Part shown: in pieces, positions 43,433-54,336 of the stretch
How positions within the stretch are numbered: position 1 is the stretch's first letter
Layout: each line of letters opens with the position of its first letter
Assembly: GCA_951406725.2 (NCBI GenBank)
Contig: OX597823.1
Coordinates: 114,700,001-114,764,000, forward strand
Source of the DNA: Octopus vulgaris
Lineage: Eukaryota
Direction: 5' to 3'
DNA length: 64,000 nt
Made by a program: the position numbers and the translations under genes
Notes under the pieces: generated by a model
What the model was told of the DNA's origin: nothing
Seen by the model: only the letters and a program-made list of their open reading frames with translations
The model's database searches: none

Positions 43433-44302
43433 GATACATATGTAAATACATACACATGTATACAATGCTCACACACACACACACACACACATACACACAC
43501 ACCCGCACACAGTGCACACACACACACACATATATACACACGTGCACACACACAAACACATACAACGCGCGCACACACACATATACACACACACGCACAC
43601 AGTGCACACACACACACACACACACACATACATCACCTACATATATATAATGCATGCGTGTGCATGCCACGTATGTGTGCGGTCAATGCCCGCTAGTGTG
43701 TCCTATGCGTGCCGATGCGCGCATGTGCCCGCCCGCACGATATGCTGTGAGCGTGCGCGCGTCCCTGTGTGCTTGCTCTGGATGTGCTTCCAGGGGGTAT
43801 GTTAGAGTATGTTTAGTTGTGGTCTGTATTTTTGAATAAGATTACTTTCCTTATTTATTCGTGTTTGGTCTGTGGTGTTGTCCGAGCATTGGTATAGTGG
43901 GAAGACTAAGAATTTGGGGACTTATTGTGTGCACAAAGGTCTAAGTGTCCACTTAGTGGTATCTGTCTTGTGGAGGGGTCCCTCAGTTGTTGTCGGTGAA
44001 CTGTCATTCTGTCTCTGAGGGTAAGGCTCGTTTGCCCTATGTAGTCTTCGTGGCATCCTTCACACCTTATGACGTAGAGTAAATTTTTTGATGCGCACGT
44101 GAAGTTATTTTTTATGATGAATGTGTGTCCCGAGTGGAACTTGTACGACGATCCCTCAATGAGGTGGATGCAGGTCTTACAGTTGGGGCGACCACAATGT
44201 GACAATTATGTAAAAAACCTTTTTGAATGCATAATATTCAATGTGACAATTATGTAAAAAACTTTTTTTGAACCCATATTATTCAATGTTTCCTTAAATG
44301 TA

Positions 44303-44343
44303 ACTTTTGACAATCTTTTACCAAAGAGTGAAACCGGTTAAGT
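44303..44343 (+). ncRNA. PLE pLTR minimal hammerhead, U3-A8 core variant
   Basis: actt TTGACAA tcttt-tacc-aaaga gt GAAA ccgg TT aagt, then AATAAA. Stem I actt/aagt, 5-bp stem II, palindromic ACCGGT stem III. Confidence 0.72.
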
Positions 44344-44458
44344 AAATAAACATCGTTTTAATTGCATTTTCAAACCTTTTTCTTATATAATCCCACTCGT
44401 GCGATACCCCACAACTCAACTTTTTTATATATATATAAACATCACACGAGTCCCGAAA

Positions 44459-45802
44459 ATGCCACCCAAATCACAACAAGCAGAATCTTTAATGAACCAA
44501 AATATCCTAAAAGAATTACAAGAAATCTCCTCGAAACTTTCAACCATAATAAACAAAGTCGAACAATCGCACTTATACCTAAATGGACTCATGGAGGCCA
44601 AAACAACCAATCAAATCCCTGACATCATCCCAACACTGCAAAACCTAATGAAATCCATAGAGACGGCAGTGCTCCCAAAGCAGGAGCAAACTAAAGACTG
44701 CTTCTCAATTAAAAGCTCTCTTAACAACACCTGGAGTAAAAATCTCAAAGCGCGTAAGTTTGCCTTCTGGAATTTCATAAAAAATAACAACAAAGCTGAC
44801 ATTTATGAAAAGTGGCTCAACTCCACCCCTATCATCCTACCCAGAAAACTACAAATAAAACCCATCCAAAATGAACCAGAAAACCAAAAAAACCTCAGGG
44901 AGAAACTAGCTTTTGAAAAATTCAAAACGGAAGTAGAACTCTTGCGGCTCAGAGCCAACACCAGTGAAGAAAAATCCAAGACCCTTGACAATGAAATGCA
45001 GATTGAAATCTCAAAACACTGTGAAGGAGCACTCCTTGATGAAACCACCAAACTCTGGAGAAAAAACTGCGAGGATGAAGAAATAACATCCCTCCAGCGA
45101 ATGGAAAAAAACAGCTGGTTCACCAATTATGAAACAGAGTTCACAAAGGAACACCTTTCAAGCAACCCATATTTTAAGATATCTACTTCAACTCACACCC
45201 CTCGCCAAAAACAAAGAAAACCAACCACAAAACACCGAACACACACCACCCCTAACATCGACAACAACAACAACAGAACTTACAGACAGCACTACAATCC
45301 CATCAAAAGAACCGAGACACCCATCATCACACGACAAAACTTTACCAGACAACGTAGACCCCAACCCACACAAGAACCGTTCCAGATTCGGAGATCCTAC
45401 CCATCACTTAGAAACCCATCTCTGAACTATGATTGTAGATTCCAACCCAAACCGCTCCTAACTCAGAGTTCTCCCCCAACATATAGGAATTCACTCCTAA
45501 ACCATGAATATAGTTTCCAACCCACTCTAAGGAACCAACATTACACCCAGGACAAACAACCCAAACCCTGGAATAACCAAAACTCTTCCAGGAGGCCACA
45601 CCAACAACCCAGACCCTGGAACAACCAAAACCTCCTCAACAGACAACATAGCAACGGGGGACAGAATCACAACAACCAAAACCTCTTCAACAGACATGTC
45701 AACGGGGGACAGAATCACATACAGCAAAATACCGCAAATAGAAGAACCCCCAGGATTCCTTTTTTAGGCAAGGGCATCAGTTTCCACGACACCAGATGGT
45801 AG
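44459..45802 (+). CDS. PLE ORF1: predicted coiled-coil N-terminus and Q/N/P/R-rich disordered C-terminus
   Basis: Uninterrupted non-repetitive ORF starting MPPKSQQ (first ATG, at 44459). Heptad-like ILKELQEISSKLSTIINKVEQ and LREKLAFEKFKTEVELLRLRA; C-terminal repeats QPKPWNNQN/QPRPWNNQN and NGGQNH. Confidence 0.85.
   Translation: MPPKSQQAESLMNQNILKELQEISSKLSTIINKVEQSHLYLNGLMEAKTTNQIPDIIPTLQNLMKSIETAVLPKQEQTKDCFSIKSSLNNTWSKNLKARKFAFWNFIKNNNKADIYEKWLNSTPIILPRKLQIKPIQNEPENQKNLREKLAFEKFKTEVELLRLRANTSEEKSKTLDNEMQIEISKHCEGALLDETTKLWRKNCEDEEITSLQRMEKNSWFTNYETEFTKEHLSSNPYFKISTSTHTPRQKQRKPTTKHRTHTTPNIDNNNNRTYRQHYNPIKRTETPIITRQNFTRQRRPQPTQEPFQIRRSYPSLRNPSLNYDCRFQPKPLLTQSSPPTYRNSLLNHEYSFQPTLRNQHYTQDKQPKPWNNQNSSRRPHQQPRPWNNQNLLNRQHSNGGQNHNNQNLFNRHVNGGQNHIQQNTANRRTPRIPFLGKGISFHDTRW
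45760..45766 (+). promoter_or_regulatory. Candidate -1 programmed ribosomal frameshift site T TTT TTA
   Basis: CCT TTT TTA GGC in the ORF1 frame fits X XXY YYZ. ORF2 is in the -1 frame and is open from the slip site (RQGHQFPRHQ) to ATG 45796. Confidence 0.75.
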
Positions 45803-48072
45803 ATACCAACCCCGAAAAACCAAAAATAGTGAATCTTTCTAACCTAAACCTGTCGACACCACAAATAAAAATCCTTTCAAGAGGACTGAAATTCACCCCA
45901 ACTCCGCAATACCCTAACCTGAGGGAAATACAGGATGACATCTCGCACTTTTGCAGAAAATTACGCCTCACAGAGGAATTTTTTGACAGAAAAACTAATA
46001 ATAACGACGAATCAATGGTCTGTAACAAAAGCAACTATAATCCCATAAAAGGCAAAAACAAAACCTTAGACAAATTTTGCGATTACATCTCCAACTTCCC
46101 TTATGGTGAACTCCCACAACCTAAACTCAAACCCAACACCAGTAAAAGAGAATGGGAAATCATCCATACACTACGAGACAATCATGACGTCACAATAAAG
46201 GAAGCTGATAAGGGTAGTACGGTCGTTGTTATGAATACTGAGCAATATAAAAACTCTGTATCTCTCCTTTTAGAGGATACCACATACTACGAAAGAGTAG
46301 TCGACTACCAGCAATCCAAAACAATGACCAATCTGAAGGCACTCATTTACCAACACCGGAATGACTTGACAGCAAAGGAATGCGACTACATTACTAAATT
46401 TAATTGCAAAACCAGCACACTCTATGGCCTTCCAAAAATACACAAGAGTCAAATTATCACAGAAGCTTGCAAAAAGTCCACTTCAACCTGCATCACTATA
46501 CCACATCCCACTGATCTCAAACTGAGACCAATAGTGGCAGGCCCAAGTTGTGAAACACACAGACTTAGCAACTTTATAGATATCATCTTAAAGCCAATAC
46601 TGAAACACATTCCAAGTATTGTAAGAGATGACCTGGACCTATTAAACCATCTCCCCAAACATGCCGATAAAGACACCTTAATCGTTTCTTTTGATGTTAT
46701 TAATCTTTACACCACAATCCCACATGAATTTGGACTGGAAGCCATTAAATTCTGGCTGGATAAATATCCCAATGAGATCCCGGAAAGAATTAAAAAAGAA
46801 TTCATAATTGAGGGCCTCAAATTTATTCTGCAAAACAACTTCATGTATTTCCACAACAACACTTACAGACAGGTCTCAGGGACTGCAATGGGTACGAAAG
46901 TTGCACCTACCTATGCAAACCTGGTGATGGCCTACCTGGAATCACATATCTATGAAAAATCCAAATATAAGTACGGCCAGTCTTTCCACAAATACCTGTT
47001 GGAGAACTGGAAACGCTACTTAGATGATTGCCTCATCCTATGGTCCCACACACTCGACCAACTTATAGACTTCAAAAACCTTATCAACAGTGTAAATAAC
47101 AACATTCAATTCACAATGGAATATAGTCAGGACCAACTCCCTTTTCTTGACATCCTAATCATTAAAAAAGGCGTCAACATTGAAACTGACATCCATTACA
47201 AACCCACTGACTCTAAACAATACCTTCTATTCACCTCCAATCACCCAAAACACACAAAGACAAATATCCCCTTCAACCTAGCGAGAAGAATCTGCACTAT
47301 TGTCTCAAATGACACAACACGAAATAGAAGACTCCGGGAACTAAGGGCAATTCTTCTCGAAAGACATTACCCGGCATCACTAGTAGACAACGGAATAGAA
47401 CGGGCCAAATCAATCAACATTCAGGACCTTCGAAAACCCAAACACATCCACAGTACAGTCAATAGCCTCCCTTATCTCTCAACACACAACCCAAGGAATG
47501 CAGAAGCTTACACTATTATATACAACAACATTCCACAACTAAATCAAGACCCACGCCTGAAAAAAATACTGGCAGCTCATAAAATAATAAAAAGTAAGAG
47601 ACAACCTAAATCCCTAAAAAACCTCCTCACCAACGCAAAATTACACAACACAAACCCACCGCCCACCATCAAAAAATGTGGTCGCCCCAACTGTAAGACC
47701 TGCATCCACCTCATTGAGGGATCGTCGTACAAGTTCCACTCGGGACACACATTCATCATAAAAAATAACTTCACGTGCGCATCAAAAAATTTACTCTACG
47801 TCATAAGGTGTGAAGGATGCCACGAAGACTACATAGGGCAAACGAGCCTTACCCTCAGAGACAGAATGACAGTTTACCGACAACAACTGAGGGACCCCTC
47901 CACAAGACAGATACCACTAAGTGGACACTTAGACCTTTGTGCACACAATAAGTCCCCCAAATTCTTAGTCTTCCCACTATACCAGTGCTCGGACAACACC
48001 ACAGACCAAACACGAATAAATAAGGAAAGTAATCTTATTCAAAAATACAGACCACAACTAAACATACTCTAA
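45796..48072 (+). CDS. Penelope-like reverse transcriptase plus C-terminal GIY-YIG endonuclease (758 aa)
   Basis: LSRGLKFTP, IKEADKG, LYGLPKIHK, LRPIV, SFDVINLYTTIP, YRQVSGTAMG..VAPTYANL, WKRYLDD, LPFLD, YKPTD. Cys linker CGRPNCKTC...FTC; endonuclease LLYVIRCEGCHEDYIGQT...E...I...P.LN. Confidence 0.96.
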   Translation: MVDTNPEKPKIVNLSNLNLSTPQIKILSRGLKFTPTPQYPNLREIQDDISHFCRKLRLTEEFFDRKTNNNDESMVCNKSNYNPIKGKNKTLDKFCDYISNFPYGELPQPKLKPNTSKREWEIIHTLRDNHDVTIKEADKGSTVVVMNTEQYKNSVSLLLEDTTYYERVVDYQQSKTMTNLKALIYQHRNDLTAKECDYITKFNCKTSTLYGLPKIHKSQIITEACKKSTSTCITIPHPTDLKLRPIVAGPSCETHRLSNFIDIILKPILKHIPSIVRDDLDLLNHLPKHADKDTLIVSFDVINLYTTIPHEFGLEAIKFWLDKYPNEIPERIKKEFIIEGLKFILQNNFMYFHNNTYRQVSGTAMGTKVAPTYANLVMAYLESHIYEKSKYKYGQSFHKYLLENWKRYLDDCLILWSHTLDQLIDFKNLINSVNNNIQFTMEYSQDQLPFLDILIIKKGVNIETDIHYKPTDSKQYLLFTSNHPKHTKTNIPFNLARRICTIVSNDTTRNRRLRELRAILLERHYPASLVDNGIERAKSINIQDLRKPKHIHSTVNSLPYLSTHNPRNAEAYTIIYNNIPQLNQDPRLKKILAAHKIIKSKRQPKSLKNLLTNAKLHNTNPPPTIKKCGRPNCKTCIHLIEGSSYKFHSGHTFIIKNNFTCASKNLLYVIRCEGCHEDYIGQTSLTLRDRMTVYRQQLRDPSTRQIPLSGHLDLCAHNKSPKFLVFPLYQCSDNTTDQTRINKESNLIQKYRPQLNIL

Positions 48073-48439
48073 CATACCCCCTGGAAGCACATCCAGAGCA
48101 AGCACACAGGGACGCGCGCACGCTCACAGCATATCGTGCGGGCGGGCACATGCGCGCATCGGCACGCATAGGACACATTAGCGGGCATTGACCGCACACA
48201 TACGTGGCATGCACACGCATGCATTATATATATGTAGGTGATATATGTGTGTGTGTGTGTGTGTGTGCACTGTGTGCGTGTGTGTGTATATGTGTGTGTG
48301 CGCGCGTTGTATGTGTTTGTGTGTGTGCACGTGTGTATATATGTGTGTGTGTGTGTGCACTGTGTGCGGGGGTGTGTGTATGTGTGTGTGTGTGTGTGTG
48401 TGAGCATTGTATACATGTGTATGTATTTACATATGTATC

Positions 48440-48484
<45 letters not shown>

Positions 48485-50265
48485 TGTGTGTGTATATGCA
48501 TGGTATGTGTGTATATGTTAGTACTTTGTTTGTGTGTATGTGCGGCATGTAGAGATATATTTGAGTGTGTACGCTATAGGTTTGTAATTTGTGTGTGTGG
48601 GGGTGGTGAATTTTTTATATATATATGTGTGTGTGTATGTGTGTGAAAAAATATATGTATGTGCATGTATGTATGTATGTATGTGTGTATATATATATAT
48701 ATATATGTGTATATATATGTGTGTGTGTGTATGTGTGTGTGTGTATATTTATTTGCATGTTTATGTGTGTATAAACATGTACATTATTTGCATGCGCATT
48801 GTATATATGTATATTGTATGTATGTGTATTGTATATGTACGTGTACAATTAAGTGTATATATTTGTGTGTATGTGTGCACTGTATATATGTATATTGTAG
48901 GTGTGCTATATGTGCATGAATACATGTATATGCATTGTGTGTATATATACATGTATATACATGTATGTGTATTGTATATGTACGTGTACAATTAAGTGTA
49001 TATATTTGTGTGTATGTGTGCACTGTATATATGTATATTGTAGGTGTGCTATATGTGCATGAATACATGTATATGCATTGCGTGTATATATATGTATGCA
49101 TTGTGTGTGTATGTATGTTATGTGTGTGTGTGTGTGTGTATATATATATTATATGTATGCGTACGTGTATGTGTATGCATTGTATGTATGTGTGTTGTGT
49201 GTATATGTGGTACATCTATGTATGTGTATGTAAACACTATTTATATGTATATGTGTATATATGTATATGCATTGTCTATATATATATATATTGTATGTAT
49301 GTATTGCGTATGTATATTGCATGCATATATTGTGTATGTATATTACTTACATGCTGTATGTGTGTATTGTATGTGTGTATATATATATGCTAGGTGTATT
49401 TGTGTGATATTTATATTATGTATGTATGTGTGCGTGTGTTGTGTGTGTGTGTGTGTATGTGTGTTATATATCTGTGTATATTATATATAGATACATGTTA
49501 TATTTGTGTGCTGTGTATATATGTGATATATGTGGGTGCGTTGTGTGTGGGTGTGTGTGTTCTGTGTGTGTGTGTGTTGTCTGTATGTGGTTTGTGTTTG
49601 TATACTATGTGTGTGTGTGTGTGTGTTGTTGTGTGTGTGTGTGTTTGTGTGTATATATATGTGTGTGACAAACAGACGCTGTCTGACCAGCAGGCACGGA
49701 CACATCTATTCACACCCGCATACTAACCTCCTGATAACCCCAAAATCATTCATGCATAAAGGGGAAGTATACACCACATTGGCTACTTCTGTTCTCTCAG
49801 TTCAGCCTTTCTGCTAATACTAACAGGTCAGTAAAAACATACTTAAAATATTCTGAGATGGACAAAAAATCCATTTTAATTTTTGCTGTCAAAACGCTGT
49901 ATATATATACCAAAGATTGTATATATATACATGTAATGTGACAATTTGCGACAACCAATAATTAACGCAACCAATTCCCAATAATATATTTGTTTTATCC
50001 TTTTCTGCCAAATTTTCCCAAATAATGTGACAATTATGTATAAAAAAACATTTTTGAATTCATAATATCCAATGTTGACAATTATGTAAAAAACTTTTTT
50101 GAATGCATAATATTCAATGTGACAATTATGTAAAAAACTTTTTTGAACCCATAATATCCAATGTGACAATTATGTAAAAAACCTTTTTGAATGCATAATA
50201 TTCAATGTGACAATTATGTAAAAAACTTTTTTGAACCCATATTATTCAATGTTTCCTTAAATGTA

Positions 50266-50306
50266 ACTTTTGACAATCTTTTACCAAAGAGTGAAACCGG
50301 TTAAGT
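50266..50306 (+). ncRNA. PLE 3' pLTR hammerhead (U3-A8 variant)
   Basis: Identical to 44303-44343. Confidence 0.72.
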
Positions 50307-50345
50307 AAATAAACATCGTTTTAATTGCATTTTCAAACCTTTTTT

Positions 50346-50412
<67 letters not shown>

Positions 50413-50773
50413 GGATGAATGAATTATCCTTTGTTTACCGTTAAGATGGAAAAGTCAATATTTAATATTTCGAGCAACGCTCTTCTTAAGAAACAGAGGA
50501 AAGTCCAATAGAATGGAAGACGGAGGAAGAAAATTGCCAACAATTCACATGTGGTTACATTTTGAAATGTCCGGAAGGGAATGGGTGAAGAAAAAGTTCT
50601 TTCTAAGACGGGAGAGTATAAGAGATAGAGATATGTATGTATGTGTGGGGATGTGCGTGCGCGTTAGTCTATGTATATATATTTTTGTGTGTATGTATGT
50701 GTGTGCGTGTGTGTGTGCCGGTGCTCCAGCATGGCTGCAGTCAGGTGACTGAAAGAAATAAAAGAAATATGTT

Positions 50774-50934
50774 GGAGTGGCTGTGTGGTAAGTAGCTTAC
50801 CAACCACATGGTTCCGGGTTCAGCCACACTGCGTAGAACCTTGGGCAAGTGTTTTCTACAATAGCCTCGGGCCGACGAAAGCCTTGTGAGTTGATTTGGC
50901 AGACGGGAACTGAAAGAAGCCCGTCGTATATATG

Positions 50935-50985
<51 letters not shown>

Positions 50986-51189
50986 CTGTGTTTGTCTCCC
51001 CAACATCGCTTGACAACTGATGCTGGTGTGTTTACGTCCCAGTAGCTTAGCGGTTCGGCAAAAGAGACCGACAGAATAAGTACTAGGTTTACAAACAATA
51101 AGTCTTAGGGTCGATTTGCTCCACAAAAAAGCGGTGCACCAGCACGGCCGCAGTCAAATGACTGAAACAAGTAAAAGAGTAAAAGAGTA
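50774..51189 (+). mobile_element. SINE family A
   Basis: GGAGTGGCTGTGTGGTAAG head, CCTTGGGCAAGTG, internal TA/TG tract, tail ending (AAAAGAGT)n. Confidence 0.85.
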
Positions 51190-51191
51190 GA

Positions 51192-52317
51192 TCTCTCTAT
51201 ATAAACGGCAGTTTGTCTGTCTGTGTGTCTGTGTGTCTGTCAGGTTGTACCTTCACCCTGACCACGGCTTTCAACCGATTCTGATGAAACTTGACACACA
51301 CATGGCCCAATGTCATAATTCAAAACTAACGCAGCGAAAATTTTGAAAAGTTCCCCTAGTTCTGAAAAAAATTCATAAATTCGACATGGGGTCGAGAATC
51401 TAAGCTTTTTATATGCAACACATTTTCTGTTGTGGTTTTTGCAACTTGCAATCGATTTTCACCAAACTCATGGTGAAGCTTAATGTTACCCTAAGAAACT
51501 TAATTCTGACGTTAGTTTTCCATGCAATACCTTACCATCAGAAAAAATCGATAAAACCATGCCATTTTGGGAAATCGCGTTCAAATTCAAGATGACATAT
51601 TTTCGACAATATTTTTCACAAATTGGCAGGAATTTTTTTTTTTAATTTACAGCAAGCATCGTGTCTGCTCCAAGGAGCTATATGGCCCTTTATATTCCAA
51701 TAGGATACTTTATTACTGGAAAAAATCGGTTAATTAAATCATATGTGGCACACATAGCAAACCGATTTGTGTATTAAACACAAACCACAGACTATCTAGG
51801 GGACGCAACTCGACCTTTTTAACTCTCGGTACAAAAACGGCAAAAAAAGCGGGCAGCAATCTGAGTGACAACAACGAAAACGTCAAAATGACCAAACTGA
51901 ACAAACGAATGGAAAAGGTTTTTTGGTGCACACAACAAAAGCGGCTTATAATAATCCAAGAGTTTGCAAGTAGCGTCCGAGGACCCTTAGGGTACGTCAA
52001 AAATTTAAGGTAAAATGTTTGGGGTGGTAGTTATAAAGAAAGTTTAAACAAAAAAAGTATTCGAATAACTTGCGGCTGAGGCAGCTATTAGCAGAAGTGG
52101 CGGTGTTGGGGGTAAATTCTCGAATGTAATTTCTTCCTGGTAAGAATTGGTTGGGTTGAATTATCGATAGCTGTTTGATAGTTATTTGGGAGTGAAGAGA
52201 AGACATTGCAACCTACACATGCGCCCTCGTTACCTAGAGGGAATGGACGAGATTGGGATTAGTCGTTGCCTACTAGGGGCTCTTACATACCCGGGCAACA
52301 CCGGGCGTTACTGCTAG
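51192..52317 (+). mobile_element. Non-autonomous Helitron
   Basis: 5' A|TCTCTCTATATAAAC followed by (GTCT)n; 3' hairpin CCCGGGCAACACCGGG and terminal CTAG|T. Confidence 0.85.
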
Positions 52318-52514
52318 TATATATATAAAAATCAAAACTAAAAACAAAAACAACAAAAGGACGTGCACAGCAATGAATCAATTAGGTTGACGCTGAGTCT
52401 AAGATGGAAAGCGGAGAGGGCTGCGGTTTCGAGCATGTCGAATCGTCAGGGAAAGGAGAGAAGAAGGAACCGGAGAGAAGGGAAAGGAGAGTCCGAGAAA
52501 AGCACGAGTACAAT

Positions 52515-53900
52515 GTGTGTACATTTATGTATGTATGTACGTATGTATGTATGTATGTATGTATGTATGTATGTATGTATGTATGTATGTATGTATGTAT
52601 GTATGTATGTATGTATGTATGTATGTATGTATGTATGTATGTATGTATGTATGTATGTGTGTATGTATGTATGTATGTATGTATGTATGTATGTATGTAT
52701 GTATGTATGTATGTATGTATGTGTATGTATGTATGTATGTATGTATGTATGTATGTGTGTGTGTGTATGTATGTGTGTATGTATGTATGTATGTATGTAT
52801 GTATGTGTATGTATGTGTATGTATGTATGTATGTATGTATGTATGTACATATGTGTGTGTATGTATGTATGTATGTATGTATGTATGTATGTATGTATGT
52901 ATGTATGTATGTATGTATGTATGTATGTATGTATGTGTGTATGTATGTATGTATGTATGCATGTATGTATGTATGTGTGTGTGTATGTATGTGTGTATGT
53001 ATGTATGTATGTATGTATGTGTATGTATGTGTGTATGTATGTATGTACGTGTGTGTGTATATATGTGTGTATGTATATGTGCATGTATGTATGTATGTAT
53101 GTATGTGTGTATGTATGTATGTATGCATGTATGTATGTATGTGTGTGTGTATGTATGTGTGTATGTATGTATGTATGTATGTGTGTGTATGTATGTGTGT
53201 ATGTATGTATGTACGTGTGTGTATGTATGTATGTATTGTGTATGTATGTATGTGTATGTATGTATGTATGTATGTATGTGTGTATGTATGTATGTATGCA
53301 TGTATGTATGTATGTGTGTGTGTATGTATGTATGTCTGCATGTATGTATGCATGTATGTATGTGTGTGTGTATGTATGTGTGTATGTATGTATGTATGTA
53401 TGTATGTATGTATGTATGTGTGTATGTATGTGTGTATGTATGTATGTATGTATGTATGTATGTATGTATGTATGTATGTATGTATGTATGTATGTATGTA
53501 TGTATGTATGTGTGTATGTATGTATGTGTGTATGTATGTATGTGTGTGTATGTATGTGTGTGTATGTATGTATGTATGTATGTGTGTGTGTATGTATGTA
53601 TGTATGTATGTGTGTGTGCGTCTCTATGTATGTATGTATGTATGTATGTGTGTGTGTGTATGTATGTATGTATGTATGTATATATGTGTGTCTGTGTATG
53701 TATGTGCATGTATGTATGTATATATGTAGGTATGTATGTATATATGTAGGTATGTATGTACGTGTGTATGTATGTATGTATGTATGTATGTATGTATGTA
53801 TGTATGTACGTGTGTATGTATGTATGTATGTATATATATATGTGTGTATGTATGTATGCATGCATGTATGTATGGATGTATGTATGTATGTACGTATGCA

Positions 53901-53944
<44 letters not shown>
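52515..53944. repeat. ~1.4 kb (TATG)n/(TG)n compound microsatellite
   Basis: Directly visible; source of the 400-530 aa MYVC/HTYI pseudo-ORFs. Confidence 0.97.
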
Positions 53945-53946
<2 letters not shown>

Positions 53947-54336
53947 TTCCTCCTCGCTACCACCACTGCATGACAGCGTTGTTGGTTTGTTTACAGCCTC
54001 ATAACATAATCGGTTCGATAAAGACCGGTTGAATAAATAATAGCCTTTAAAAAATAAGTACAGGGGCGCGATTTGTGTCGCTTGCAACGCTGGCCGTGCT
54101 GGGTCACAGCTTCCAGGCAGTGCCCCAGGATGGCCACTACCTTGACTGAAACAAATAGAAGATAAAACGATATATGTGAACGTATGCGTGTGTGTCTAAG
54201 CGTGCGTGTGTGTAACAGTATTTGCCAGAATTTTTATGTTTATGTTTGTGCTCTATGTTATTATTATTATTATTATTATTATCATCATCATCATCATAAT
54301 CATCATCATAATCATCATAATCATCATCATTATTGG

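Larger units (their letters stand above)
41536..44196 (-). repeat. Inverted 5'-truncated copy of the PLE 3' end (endonuclease part, 3' UTR, pLTR and tail)
   Basis: Reverse complement of 47677-50350 plus the ~40 nt tail at 44390-44430. 2-nt CA microhomology at the 44195-44196 junction. Confidence 0.95.
41536..50350 (+). mobile_element. Penelope-like element (Neptune-type): inverted 3' copy, pLTR, ORF1, RT-GIY-YIG ORF, long 3' UTR/pLTR; inserted in (TA)n
   Basis: PLE RT and GIY-YIG motifs, pseudo-LTR repeats carrying hammerheads, inverted partial-tandem arrangement, and (TA)n at both ends. Confidence 0.95.

Noticed and set aside
44399-44458. ORF-track N-terminal extension of PLE ORF1 from GTG 44399
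   Set aside because: Non-ATG start running through the pLTR tail and TA run; the first ATG at 44459 (MPPK) is more plausible in a eukaryote.
51280-51292. CTGATGAAAC inside the Helitron
   Set aside because: No stem II between the boxes; part of the common ccgattctgatgaaactt Helitron-internal motif.
52363-54087. Long ORFs (323-536 aa) of MYVC/HTYI repeats
   Set aside because: Translation of the (TATG)n microsatellite; open in several frames on both strands.
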